Assembly: GCA_047150005.1 (NCBI GenBank)
Contig: AP038806.1
Span: forward strand, 2,528,001 to 2,592,000
Source: Nitrospira sp.
GTDB lineage: Bacteria > Nitrospirota > Nitrospiria > Nitrospirales > Nitrospiraceae
DNA length: 64,000 nucleotides
Reading direction: 5' to 3'
Below are positions 1 through 11,417 of this stretch, in pieces; position 1 is the stretch's first letter; the number at the start of each line of letters is the position of its first letter. The position numbers and the translations under genes were made by a program. The notes beneath the pieces were generated by a model that was not told the origin of the DNA, made no database searches, and saw only the letters and a program-made list of their open reading frames with translations.

Positions 1-207
<207 letters not shown>

Positions 208-229
208 CACAGCGGTCATCGTCCGGTGA

Positions 230-946
230 ATGGATCAGGATCTCATGCTGACGGTCGCACTCTGCAAAGGTAAGTTGATTGAACCGACGCTGGCGTTGTT
301 CGGACGGGCCGGCTATGCAGGGGCAACTCCGGCCACAGACAGCCGGCGTTTGGTATTTGCCTGTCCAGATATAGGAATGACATTCTTGATCGTCCGTCCG
401 ACGGATGTTCCGACCTATGTGGAATATGGAGCGGCGGATGTGGGCATTGTCGGAAAAGACGTATTGTTGGAGCAGGACAGCGATGTCTATGAGCCGTTGG
501 ATTTGGGGTTCGGAGCGTGTAGAATTGCCGTCGCGGCGCCACGCGGCCAGGATTCTCGTGACCGGCTTTCCTCGAAAATTCGAGTGGCGACCAAGTACCC
601 GAGAATTACCGAACGCTATTTCAATCAACGCGGCGTGCCCGTCGAGATCATCAAGTTGTATGGGTCGATCGAGCTGGCACCTCTCGTGGGCCTTGCCGAT
701 CGTATCGTGGATCTGGTCGAGACTGGCAATACCCTCAAGACGCACGACCTCGTCGAGGTCGAGTGTATTGCAACGTCCACGGCGCGTCTGATCGTCAATC
801 GAGCCAGTCTGAAACTCAAACATACCGCTGTGACCGAGCTCATTCAGAAACTTCGAAAAGCCACGGTCATACGGCGGCCCTCCGCTTCAGTAGCGGCGCA
901 TGGACGAAGCCGGACCAATCGAAAGACCAAGCGGGTGCCCGCATGA
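230..946 (+). CDS. hisG: ATP phosphoribosyltransferase (short form)
   Basis: VRPTDVPTYVEYGAADVGIVGKD, RVATKYP, GSIELAPLVGLADRIVDLVETGNTL. Confidence 0.95.
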   Translation: MDQDLMLTVALCKGKLIEPTLALFGRAGYAGATPATDSRRLVFACPDIGMTFLIVRPTDVPTYVEYGAADVGIVGKDVLLEQDSDVYEPLDLGFGACRIAVAAPRGQDSRDRLSSKIRVATKYPRITERYFNQRGVPVEIIKLYGSIELAPLVGLADRIVDLVETGNTLKTHDLVEVECIATSTARLIVNRASLKLKHTAVTELIQKLRKATVIRRPSASVAAHGRSRTNRKTKRVPA

Positions 947-2226
947 AGATCATTGCCTCGACAGACCGGGCCTTTGCTCCAGCCCTGAAAAAGGTTGTCG
1001 CGCGCGCGAGGGCTCAAGGAGCCGCGGTTGAGAGGACGGTGCACACACTGTTGCAGGCAGTGGAGCAGGGTGGTGACAAGGCCGTGCTGCGCTACACGAA
1101 GCAGTTCGACAAGGTCGCCCTCAAGGCAAGTGATCTCAAGGTGACGTCCGAGGAGATCAAAGACGCCTACCATCGTATCAGAAAGGATGAAGGCGATGCC
1201 ATTCGGTTCGCTGCCCAGCGGATTGCGGCGTTTCACGAACGGCAGCGCACGAAAACCTGGATGTATCAGGACGGCGAGGCGACGCTGGGCCAGGTCGTGA
1301 CGCCGATCGATGCTGTTGGCGTCTATGTGCCGGGCGGCAAGGCGGTGTATCCTTCGACAGTCCTGATGAGCGCCATTCCGGCCAAGGTCGCGGGAGTCTC
1401 CCGCATCGTGATGTGCACCCCGCCGCAGAAGGCCGGAATCAATCCCTATTTACTCGTTGCGGCGGATATCGCCGGTGTCACGGATATCTTTCGCGTCGGC
1501 GGAGTTCAGGCGATTGGGGCCTTGGCGTTCGGGACAAAGTCTATTCCGAAGGTCGACAAGATCGTGGGACCCGGGAACATTTACGTGGCCACGGCCAAGC
1601 GCCTGCTGTACGGAACGGTGGGTGTCGACATGGTGGCGGGTCCGAGCGAATTGCTCGTGGTTGCCGATGACGACGCGAAGCCGGCCCATGTGGCGGCGGA
1701 TCTGCTGTGCGAGGCCGAGCATGACGAAGACGCTCAAGTATGGCTTGTGACGACATCCGCGTCGCTTGCGAAGAACGTCGGGAGAGTGCTGGAGCAACAA
1801 CTACGGGGGCTGCAACGGGAGAAGATCGCCGCCAAGTCCGTCAGGAGGCATTCCGTGGCGTTTGTCGTGACGACGATGGACGAAGCCATCGACGTGGCCA
1901 ACCAGATTGCCCCTGAGCATCTCACGCTGTCGGTAGACCAGCCGTTTGATTACTTGGAGAAGATTCGCCACGCAGGAGCGTTATTCTTGGGCCGATATAC
2001 TCCTCCCTCCGTGGCCGACTATATCGCTGGGCCGAATCACGTTTTGCCGACCGGAGGCACCGCCAAGTTCTTTTCGGCATTGTCGGTTCTCGACTACCTG
2101 AAAGTGAGCAACATCGTGCATTACACGAAGGAGGAACTGAGCAAGGTGAAAGATCATCTCGTCCGATTCGCTCACATCGAGGGCTTCGACGCCCATGCGA
2201 AGTCGGCTCAAAGCAGGTTCGCATGA
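943..2226 (+). CDS. hisD: Histidinol dehydrogenase
   Basis: [54 protein letters not shown] overlap with hisG stop. Confidence 0.97.
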   Translation: MKIIASTDRAFAPALKKVVARARAQGAAVERTVHTLLQAVEQGGDKAVLRYTKQFDKVALKASDLKVTSEEIKDAYHRIRKDEGDAIRFAAQRIAAFHERQRTKTWMYQDGEATLGQVVTPIDAVGVYVPGGKAVYPSTVLMSAIPAKVAGVSRIVMCTPPQKAGINPYLLVAADIAGVTDIFRVGGVQAIGALAFGTKSIPKVDKIVGPGNIYVATAKRLLYGTVGVDMVAGPSELLVVADDDAKPAHVAADLLCEAEHDEDAQVWLVTTSASLAKNVGRVLEQQLRGLQREKIAAKSVRRHSVAFVVTTMDEAIDVANQIAPEHLTLSVDQPFDYLEKIRHAGALFLGRYTPPSVADYIAGPNHVLPTGGTAKFFSALSVLDYLKVSNIVHYTKEELSKVKDHLVRFAHIEGFDAHAKSAQSRFA

Positions 2227-2831
2227 AGAAGAACGGCGCACCCTTACGACAGGCTGCCATCCAGCGGGCGACCAAGGAAACGGATATCCGTGTCGAGTGG
2301 ATGCTGGACGGCAGCGGCCACAGCAAGATCAATACGTCGATCCGGTTCTTTGACCACATGCTCGAGTTACTGGCCAGGCACGGATTTTTCGATTTGACCG
2401 TCGGGGCCAAAGGTGACACCGACGTCGATGAACACCATACGGTCGAAGATGTCGGTATCGTGATGGGGAAGGCGCTCCATCAGGCTCTGGGAGAGAAGGC
2501 GGGGATCAAGCGATTCGGATTTGCTTCGGCTCCGCTGGATGAGACGCTGGCGCAGGTGACCGTTGATTTGAGCGGCCGGCCTTTTTTGGTCTACAACGTC
2601 AACCTGCCGGATCGCAAAATCAAATCATTCGATCTGGGATTGTTCGAGGACTTTTTCCAAGCATTCGTGACACACGGAGGACTCAACCTGCACGTCAATC
2701 TGCTGTACGGACGGAACCCACATCACATTATGGAGGCGATCTTCAAGGCGCTGGCCAAGGCGCTTGATCAGGCGACGACTGTTGAAGACCGTCTGGCGGG
2801 TAGGGTGTTGTCGACGAAGGGGATGCTCTAG
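2223..2831 (+). CDS. hisB: Imidazoleglycerol-phosphate dehydratase
   Basis: [30 protein letters not shown]. Confidence 0.97.
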   Translation: MKKNGAPLRQAAIQRATKETDIRVEWMLDGSGHSKINTSIRFFDHMLELLARHGFFDLTVGAKGDTDVDEHHTVEDVGIVMGKALHQALGEKAGIKRFGFASAPLDETLAQVTVDLSGRPFLVYNVNLPDRKIKSFDLGLFEDFFQAFVTHGGLNLHVNLLYGRNPHHIMEAIFKALAKALDQATTVEDRLAGRVLSTKGML

Positions 2832-3013
2832 CTCTTTGCGGGTCCTGTCTTGGCGACCAGCCTCACCCTGGTCACTCCACTGATCCTGTTTCTCAGGAGG
2901 TCCATTCCAAGCTCTGTTGGGAAAAGCTGCGTGTTCGCGTGGCTACGGTTGGCTGCGTGACTTCAGAGAGGGCGATGTTGTCTCGCAGCTGCAACAGCCA
3001 AGTGAACCATCGC

Positions 3014-3661
3014 TCACGTCTCTCCTATCACAGCCTTCGTCGTCTTGAAGTGAAGTTTTGCTACCGCTGCCAATCGATCTCGCCCATGTTTCTTAACAAC
3101 CATTCTCCCCGCCAACTCGACCGCCGGTGACGCGCCTTTGGGCAGGGTGGTGCCGACGTCGTCAGACAGCCGTTTCAATCGCAGCAGGAACTCTGCGCGC
3201 GCCAAGACAGACGCGGCTGCGACGGCAAGGTCCGATTCGGCTCTGGTACGCTGTTGAAGGGTGATGGTGCGGCCTTTGGCCTGTAACGCGTTCAGAATAA
3301 GGCGCTCATCGCCGAACTGATCGGAGATAGCCAGCCCGCAGGGCACCTGCTCCAGCAAGTTCTCGAGAGCTTTGGCATGGCCCCAGGCGAGCAGGCGATT
3401 GAGGTTGCGGATCTTTGCATAAAGCTCGTTATATTTCTGTGGCCCGATCGCGATGATACTGTGAGGACAAATGGTCTTGATATCCGGGGCCATTTCCAGG
3501 ATCCGTCCGTCGGATATCTTTTTGCTGTCCCGGACCTGCATCAGGGCGAGTTCCGCTTGCGTGGTCCCGTCAACGAACACAGCGGCGATGACGAGGGGAC
3601 CGAAGTAATCGCCTTTCCCCGATTCGTCGATCCCGATGCGTTCGATCGCGGGCCCTGGCAT
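3014..3661 (-). CDS. rnhC: Ribonuclease HIII (short, catalytic domain only)
   Basis: IGIDESGKGDYFGPLV, VRDSKK, AVAAASVLAR, AKLHFKTT. Confidence 0.88.
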   Translation of the reverse strand: MPGPAIERIGIDESGKGDYFGPLVIAAVFVDGTTQAELALMQVRDSKKISDGRILEMAPDIKTICPHSIIAIGPQKYNELYAKIRNLNRLLAWGHAKALENLLEQVPCGLAISDQFGDERLILNALQAKGRTITLQQRTRAESDLAVAAASVLARAEFLLRLKRLSDDVGTTLPKGASPAVELAGRMVVKKHGRDRLAAVAKLHFKTTKAVIGET

Positions 3662-3778
3662 GTTGTCGGATTCAGTCTGGCAAGTCTCAGGTAGAAAACG
3701 GCGTGGTGGGGCGGTAATCTAGCAGGAGCCGCTGAGGGCGGTCAAATTTTGAGACGTTGTTGAGAAGGGAGGAGGTCG

Positions 3779-4645
3779 ATGGCCGCAGCTGCACGTCGTG
3801 GTCGCATATGGGGTCTGGCCGTGCCCTGTCTGGTACTGGCCGTCGGGCTCGCCGGGTGCGAAAAGAATCCTTATACGGGCCGCTCCCAATTGCTCATGAC
3901 CTCTGTGGCCGAAGAAATGGAGATGGGTGCTCAGGCCTATACTCAGGTGAAGAGCGATCCCAAAATGAAATTGTCTCAGGACCCGCGGGAGATCGAGCCG
4001 GTCAAGCGCGTTGCCGTACGCATCGTCGAAGCCGCAAAACGGTCAAAATATGCGGAGATGGCCAAACAGTTTCAGTGGGAGGTGACGGTGATCAAAGACG
4101 ACAAGATGGCGAATGCGTTCGCGCTTCCGGGCGGCAAGATGGCGGTATACACGGGGATCTTTCCCGTGGCGAATACGGAGGCGGGTTTGGCGGCGGTGAT
4201 GGGGCACGAAGTCGTACATGCCCTGGCTCGTCATGGAGCCGAGCGCATGAGTCAGGAGCAGTTGACGAACGCGGCTGTACAAGCCGCCGGAGCGGCGGCG
4301 GGAGCGGCAGGAGGCGGCCTCGTCTCTCAAGGGACGATGGCGGCGCTTGGTGCTGGTGCTCAGGTTGGAGTATTGCTGCCCTTCAGCCGACAACACGAAT
4401 CGGAAGCGGACTACATCGGCATCCTGCTTGCTGCCGACGCTGGCTATGATCCCAGAGAGTCTATCGCTTTGTGGGAGCGTATGGAACGGATGTCGGGAGG
4501 GGGCGGGCCGGCCGAGTTCTTGTCGACGCATCCGAGCCATGGAACCAGAATCGAGGATCTCAAGAAGGCCATGCCGGAAGCACTGAAAATCTACAAGGCA
4601 CGGCAACCCGTCCCTGCAGCTAATCTGCCGAGACTTGGCAGCTGA
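3779..4645 (+). CDS. M48 family metallopeptidase lipoprotein
   Basis: LAGC lipobox, NAFALPGG, HEVVH zinc motif, ESEAD, FLSTHP. Confidence 0.92.
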   Translation: MAAAARRGRIWGLAVPCLVLAVGLAGCEKNPYTGRSQLLMTSVAEEMEMGAQAYTQVKSDPKMKLSQDPREIEPVKRVAVRIVEAAKRSKYAEMAKQFQWEVTVIKDDKMANAFALPGGKMAVYTGIFPVANTEAGLAAVMGHEVVHALARHGAERMSQEQLTNAAVQAAGAAAGAAGGGLVSQGTMAALGAGAQVGVLLPFSRQHESEADYIGILLAADAGYDPRESIALWERMERMSGGGGPAEFLSTHPSHGTRIEDLKKAMPEALKIYKARQPVPAANLPRLGS

Positions 4646-4770
4646 CCGGAACCGGTCCCCGACTTTGGGCGTACCGGCGCCGCTCTTTTGTAGGGATGTT
4701 CCATTTCACCGATCGCTGGGACAATGCATAGCGGTGACGGTGTTATCCCCGACGGAAACGGGAGGCGTCC

Positions 4771-5154
4771 ATGGTCGCTCGATACGGACCGCGAGTGCCG
4801 GTGGTCGGTCAGGCAGTCCTGGCTGGTAGTCAGGCGTCCTGCGAAGGCCGGGTGCTCGATCTTTCGGTTCCAGGTTGTCTCATCGAATGTTCCCATCGAT
4901 TACGTGTCGGAGACTACGTCCGACTTCGGGTATCGTTGCCCGATGGAGGTGTGGCCATGACCGTGCCCCTGGCGGCCGTGCGCTGGGCATGTGGAAATCG
5001 CGTGGGGTTGGAATTCATTCGGTCTTCCGACGCAGATCAGCAGCGCCTGACCGCCTTCGTTCGTCGCCACGAGCCTCGAGCAGGTCTTCCCATCATCATC
5101 GGATCTCCGAGGTGGAAGGAAGCGGTGACACTTCTTGGAGTGTCAGGGGATTGA
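4771..5154 (+). CDS. PilZ-domain protein
   Basis: RYGPRVP (RxxxR) and DLSVPG (DxSxxG) motifs, VRW...GLEF. Confidence 0.75.
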   Translation: MVARYGPRVPVVGQAVLAGSQASCEGRVLDLSVPGCLIECSHRLRVGDYVRLRVSLPDGGVAMTVPLAAVRWACGNRVGLEFIRSSDADQQRLTAFVRRHEPRAGLPIIIGSPRWKEAVTLLGVSGD

Positions 5155-5195
5155 TGGGACCGTCGCATCCCGCCACCGACGCGAGTTTGAGTTGC

Positions 5196-5224
5196 TTGCA
5201 TCCGTCATCTCCGTTTCCTATACT
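5196..5224 (+). promoter_or_regulatory. sigma70-type promoter of rnpB
   Basis: TTGCAT-17bp-TATACT directly upstream of the RNA. Confidence 0.7.
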
Positions 5225-5237
5225 GGCATCGCGCGAG

Positions 5238-5660
5238 GGGGAAGACCGGGGGATCGCTCGACGCGGAAACGCGATGAGAGGAAAGTCCGGACTTCACGGG
5301 CAGGACGCTGGGTAACACCCAGGCGGAGCAATCCGACACCGGCACCACAGAGAACAGACCGCCGATGGCCAAGGCGATTGGACCCCAATCTCATCGCTGC
5401 GGTTCAGGTAAGGGTGAAACGGTGGGGTAAGAGCCCACCGCGGTGGTGGTGACATCACCGGCAGGGTAAGCGTCGTCCGATGCAAGGCCAAATAGGAAGA
5501 CACCGCCGGTTCTTTTCGAAGAGCCGGTGACCAGCTGGCCCGGCTGAGGTCTTCGGGTAGGTCGCTTGAGGTTCGGGGTAACCCGAATCCCAGAGAAATG
5601 ATCTCCGCCGACTGAGAGCATATCCCGGTCGGTACAGAATCCGGCTTATAGGTCTTCTCC
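5238..5660 (+). ncRNA. rnpB: RNase P RNA (type A)
   Basis: GAGGAAAGTCCGG at ~5278, GGGTGAAACGGTGGGGTAAGAGCCCACC, ACAGAATCCGGCTTA at ~5634; P1 helix GGGGAAGACC/GGTCTTCTCC. Confidence 0.98.
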
Positions 5661-5732
5661 ACCGCGCTCATCATCTCGCACGCTCCCTGTTCCGGAGCCA
5701 CAGCCTGATCCCCACTCTCTGAAATCGCGCTA

Positions 5733-5761
5733 TTGACCTGTCACAGACAGGATGGTAGGAT
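5733..5761 (+). promoter_or_regulatory. sigma70-type promoter of ilv operon
   Basis: TTGACC-17bp-TAGGAT with TG extended -10. Confidence 0.6.
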
Positions 5762-5891
5762 CTCGCATCTTTCCCATTGTTTTTTCAGAACATTCTGAAC
5801 GATCGATGAACAGGTGCATGGTAACGCACCTGCGTCTCTTCGTATCTCCTTCTCTGTGGGGGGTCCAGGGATTGGAGAGTGGAGGTCCGCT

Positions 5892-7667
5892 ATGAAACTG
5901 ACAGGCGCTGAAATCTTTATCGAATGCTTAAAACGCGAAGGGGTTAAGACGATCTTTGCCTTGCCCGGTGGCGTGGTCCTGAAGATTTTCGACATGCTGC
6001 ATCAACAGAAGGGCATTGACGTCGTCTTAACCCGTCATGAACAAGGTGCGGGCCACATGGCCGAAGGCTATGCCAAGGCTACAGGTAGGGCAGGAGTCTG
6101 CCTGGTCACCTCCGGTCCCGGGATGACCAACGTGATTACGGCCTTGGCCGACGCCTATATGGATTCCGTTCCGTTGGTCTGTTTCAGTGGGCAAGTTCCG
6201 ACAAGCTTGATCGGTAACGATGCGTTCCAAGAAGCCGACAACGTGGGCCTCAGCCGACCTTGTACGAAATATAACTTCCTCGTCAAGGACGTCAACGATC
6301 TGGCGTCCACCATAAAGGAAGCGTTTTACATCGCCACGACCGGGCGTCCGGGCCCTGTTCTCGTGGACATTCCCAAAGACGTGTCGATGGAAAAGGCCGA
6401 GTTCACTTATCCGAACTCCGTGTCGATCCGCGGCTACAATCCCACGTACGAAGGAAATAAGTGGCAGATCAAGCAGGCGGCGGAAGCGATTATGAAGGCC
6501 AAGAAGCCGGTCCTCTATGTGGGCGGCGGCGTGGTGTTTTCCGGCGCCTCCCAGGAGCTGATCGAGTTGGCCGAGTTGACACAGATTCCGGTCGATATGA
6601 CGTTAATGGGTCTCGGCGCGTTTCCGGGAGAGCACCCGCTTTCCATGGGCATGCTGGGTATGCACGGCACCTATCAGGCCAATATGGCGGTGCATTACGC
6701 GGATCTCGTGGTGGCGATCGGGGCGCGGTTTGATGATCGCGTGACAGGGAAGGTGTCGGAATTTTGTCCCTACGCGAAAATCATCCATATCGACATCGAT
6801 CCGACATCGATCAGGAAGAACATTCATGTCGACATTCCGATCGTGGGAGACTGTAAGGCCGTCTTGCGCGAGCTTAACCAGATTCTGAAAGCGACCGTCA
6901 ACGGCGAGCAGAAGGAACTCCGCAAGGCCTGGTGGGATCAGATTCGCGAATGGGAGCGCGCGCATCCCTTGGCCTACCAACAGGAGAAAGATGGTCCGAT
7001 CAAGCCGCAACATGTGATCAAGAGACTCTACGACCTGACCAAGGACCGCGATCCGATCGTCTCCACGGACGTCGGTCAGCATCAAATGTGGGCTGCTCAA
7101 TACTTCAAGCTCTCGAAGCCCAACCGATGGCTCACGTCCGGAGGGTTAGGGACGATGGGATTCGGCTTCCCTGCCGCGATGGGAGCGCAGGCGGCGTTTC
7201 CGGGCCGGTTGGTTCTCTGCATCGCCGGAGACGGGAGTGTGCAGATGAATATGCAGGAAATGGCCACCGCCGTGGTCAGCAAACTCCCGGTGAAAATTGT
7301 CGTGCTGAACAATCGGTTCCACGGCATGGTCCGGCAGTGGCAGGACTTATTTTATGAAGGCCGATATGCGTCCAGCTATCTGGATACCACTCCCGACTTT
7401 GTGAAATTGGCGGAGGCCTATGGAGCCGTGGGGTTGCGAGCGGGCAAAGTCGGTGAATTGGACAACGTCCTCAAGGAAGCGATTGCCGTGGACGGGCCGG
7501 TTATCGTGGACGTCCCGACGCATCCCTATGAGAACGTGTATCCCATGATCCCGGCCGGAGGCTGCAACCATGAAATGATCTTGGAAGATCCGCCGGAGTT
7601 GAAAAACAAGCAGCAGGGTGCCGGTAAGGTGACTCCTGAGGATAAGGATACGATTCTTACCGCCTAG
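5892..7667 (+). CDS. ilvB: Acetolactate synthase large subunit
   Basis: RHEQGAGHMAEGYA, TSGPG, GDGSVQMN TPP motif; GGAGG RBS. Confidence 0.97.
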   Translation: MKLTGAEIFIECLKREGVKTIFALPGGVVLKIFDMLHQQKGIDVVLTRHEQGAGHMAEGYAKATGRAGVCLVTSGPGMTNVITALADAYMDSVPLVCFSGQVPTSLIGNDAFQEADNVGLSRPCTKYNFLVKDVNDLASTIKEAFYIATTGRPGPVLVDIPKDVSMEKAEFTYPNSVSIRGYNPTYEGNKWQIKQAAEAIMKAKKPVLYVGGGVVFSGASQELIELAELTQIPVDMTLMGLGAFPGEHPLSMGMLGMHGTYQANMAVHYADLVVAIGARFDDRVTGKVSEFCPYAKIIHIDIDPTSIRKNIHVDIPIVGDCKAVLRELNQILKATVNGEQKELRKAWWDQIREWERAHPLAYQQEKDGPIKPQHVIKRLYDLTKDRDPIVSTDVGQHQMWAAQYFKLSKPNRWLTSGGLGTMGFGFPAAMGAQAAFPGRLVLCIAGDGSVQMNMQEMATAVVSKLPVKIVVLNNRFHGMVRQWQDLFYEGRYASSYLDTTPDFVKLAEAYGAVGLRAGKVGELDNVLKEAIAVDGPVIVDVPTHPYENVYPMIPAGGCNHEMILEDPPELKNKQQGAGKVTPEDKDTILTA

Positions 7668-7738
7668 TCTGCTTGGATAGAGGCAGTAGGCCACCATGGC
7701 CGGCCGATGGCCGGCCGTCTCTGTCGGAGCCGAAACGC

Positions 7739-9335
<1,597 letters not shown>

Positions 9336-9509
9336 TGGAATGCCGAAGGCTGTTACGTCGTGTCACCTCGCCCCGAACCGCGTCGTAACCGGCTTGTGCC
9401 GCCCATCGACCCCGTCGGCGGAGGCAAAACTCCGCTGGAGGCGCGTCGGTGGTAATCGTCAATGAGGTGGACGGCTGAGGCGTTGTCGGTTGAGAGTTGG
9501 AGGTTTTTC

Positions 9510-10160
9510 GTGGCCGATCGTGCCGTCGGCGTCCCCGTCGCCAAAGAAGGAATTCCCTTCATCGCGGTTGCCGCCGGCGGTACACTGGCGGCGGGATGGA
9601 TGGGCTGGACCGTCATAGCGGGGGCGGCCGGACTGTTGACCCTTTTCATCTCGTGGTTTTTTCGCAACCCCCCTCGGACTATTCCTCAGGGATCCCGGCT
9701 CGTGGTCGCGCCGGGCGACGGGAAAGTCATCGCCGTCGAAGAGGAGTTTGAACCACGCTACCTCAAGGATCGCAGCATTCGCGTCACGATCTTCTTGAAC
9801 GTGTTCGACGTGCACATCAATCGGATCCCGTGTGAAGGAATCGTTGAGAATGTGCAGTATCAACCGGGACAGTTCCTGGTAGCCAGCAAACCCGAAGCGA
9901 CGATCAAGAATGAACAGAATGCCGTCATGATCAAGACCGTACAAGGCGCCAAGGTTCTCTGTGTCCAGGTCGCCGGCTTGATCGCCAGACGGATCATCTG
10001 TTGGGTCTCGCCGAAGGACCGGGCCGTGTTGGGTGAGCGGTTTGGGTTGATTCGGTTCGGATCTCGTATGGACACGTTCCTCCCGATAGGGTCCGTGATC
10101 AAGGTCGCCCTCGGCGATCGTGTGAAGGGTGGGGAGTCCATCCTAGGAGAATTGCCATGA
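9510..10160 (+). CDS. psd: Phosphatidylserine decarboxylase proenzyme
   Basis: FFRNP, FDVHINR, RFGSRMD self-cleavage motif; GTG start after GGAGG. Confidence 0.93.
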   Translation: MADRAVGVPVAKEGIPFIAVAAGGTLAAGWMGWTVIAGAAGLLTLFISWFFRNPPRTIPQGSRLVVAPGDGKVIAVEEEFEPRYLKDRSIRVTIFLNVFDVHINRIPCEGIVENVQYQPGQFLVASKPEATIKNEQNAVMIKTVQGAKVLCVQVAGLIARRIICWVSPKDRAVLGERFGLIRFGSRMDTFLPIGSVIKVALGDRVKGGESILGELP

Positions 10161-10960
10161 AGACCACTGCACTGCGCCAATCGTTTGCCAAGGGTGGAAA
10201 GCGTCATAAGGCGGCGATGCACTTGATTCCGAACCTGTTCACGACGGGAAACCTGTTCTGCGGCGTATTTGCGATCCTGTCGGTCTTCAACGCGAACTAC
10301 CTGGCCGCTGCGATCGCGATTTTGGTGGCGATGGTATTTGACGTTCTTGACGGCAAATCCGCGCGCCTGACGAACAGCACCAGCCACTTCGGCCTGGAAT
10401 ATGATTCGCTCTCCGACGTGGTGTCGTTCGGCGTCGCTCCCGGACTGCTCATCTACTCATGGGCGCTCAGCGGTCAAGGCACGTTCGGTATTGCGGTCAT
10501 GTTCGCCTACGTGGCGATGGGTGCGGTTCGTCTCGCGCGCTTCAATGCCACGGCAACCGTATCCGATGGCAAATATTTCACGGGATTGGCGATACCAGCC
10601 GCCGCGGGCGTCGTTGCCTCCTTGGTGATTTTCGATCATCACGTCGTCCGAACCGGATCGGAAATCAAGCCGATCCTGGTGCTGGTTATCACCCTGATCT
10701 TGTCTTTCCTGATGGTCAGTACGATAAAGTATCGGAGTTTCAAAGACTTGAGGTTCCGAGGCGGTCGCCATATCACCTATCTGGTATGGGGCATTTTGAT
10801 CGTGGTGCTGGTAGCGGCCTGGCCTCAGGTTATGCTATTTGTAATCTTCGCGGGGTATGCTTTGCTCGGTCCCGTCGAGCGGCTGATCACGTTGGCGGCG
10901 AGGACGGGAAAACAGATGCATTCGAAAAAGGAGCAGCCGGCAACCGAATCAAAGAGCTAG
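10157..10960 (+). CDS. pssA: CDP-diacylglycerol-serine O-phosphatidyltransferase
   Basis: DVLDGKSARL...GLEYDSLSD CDP-alcohol motif, RLARFN. Confidence 0.95.
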   Translation: MKTTALRQSFAKGGKRHKAAMHLIPNLFTTGNLFCGVFAILSVFNANYLAAAIAILVAMVFDVLDGKSARLTNSTSHFGLEYDSLSDVVSFGVAPGLLIYSWALSGQGTFGIAVMFAYVAMGAVRLARFNATATVSDGKYFTGLAIPAAAGVVASLVIFDHHVVRTGSEIKPILVLVITLILSFLMVSTIKYRSFKDLRFRGGRHITYLVWGILIVVLVAAWPQVMLFVIFAGYALLGPVERLITLAARTGKQMHSKKEQPATESKS

Positions 10961-11210
10961 GGCGACGACGAGGAGTAGTAAGCCATCCGTCGAATCAAGA
11001 GAGCTGGTGGGCGGTGCAAACCAGTTTCGACGACGCTGAACTCGCCTCCGAGCCAGGATCCATGAAACACGGGTAGTGGATTCCGCCTTGCCCCCGTAAG
11101 GGCTGAATGAAGGATCTGGATAGCAGTATCCAGGTCGAATCAGGGTGGTACCACGAAGCGCGTCAAGCCTTCGTCCCTGTGTTCGAGGGGCGGAGGCTTT
11201 TGTCTTTTTT
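10961..11210 (+). ncRNA. Leucine T-box riboswitch with intrinsic terminator
   Basis: Stem I with AGTA, AGAGAG and GGTGCAA motifs; specifier GAA-CTC at 11038-11043; stem III CTGGATA/TATCCAG; T-box AGGGTGGTACCACG 11142-11155; antiterminator partner CTTCGTCCCT; terminator hairpin plus T-run 11165-11210. Confidence 0.93.
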
Positions 11211-11399
11211 CAAGCTGCTGAAAAAGCCTTCCTGCTACGTACTCAGTCGTTCGAACCCCTCGATGTGGGGGCTGGTTCCTGGAGGAAAGGTACCTACCCG
11301 CTCGCATGTGATCGAAGCGAGCGGTTCAAGCGAAGCTTGGGATGTACCTCCTCGGGTTCTTACTCCTTGCGGCCTTGCCGGAAGGATTTTGAGCAGTTG
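11211..11399. repeat. MITE-like palindromic repeat, family A copy 1
   Basis: Imperfect terminal inverted repeats CAAGCTGCTGAAAAAGCCTTCC / GGAAGGATTTTGAGCAGTTG; shares TGCGGCCTTGC with reverse complement of 58738-58864. Confidence 0.65.
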
Positions 11400-11417
11400 T
11401 CAGGTGGAGGTGATGCG

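Noticed and set aside
9380..9460. Hairpin GCGGAG-GCAAAA-CTCCGC as a c-di-GMP riboswitch
   Set aside because: Lacks the second GEMM stem and consensus; probably a simple hairpin
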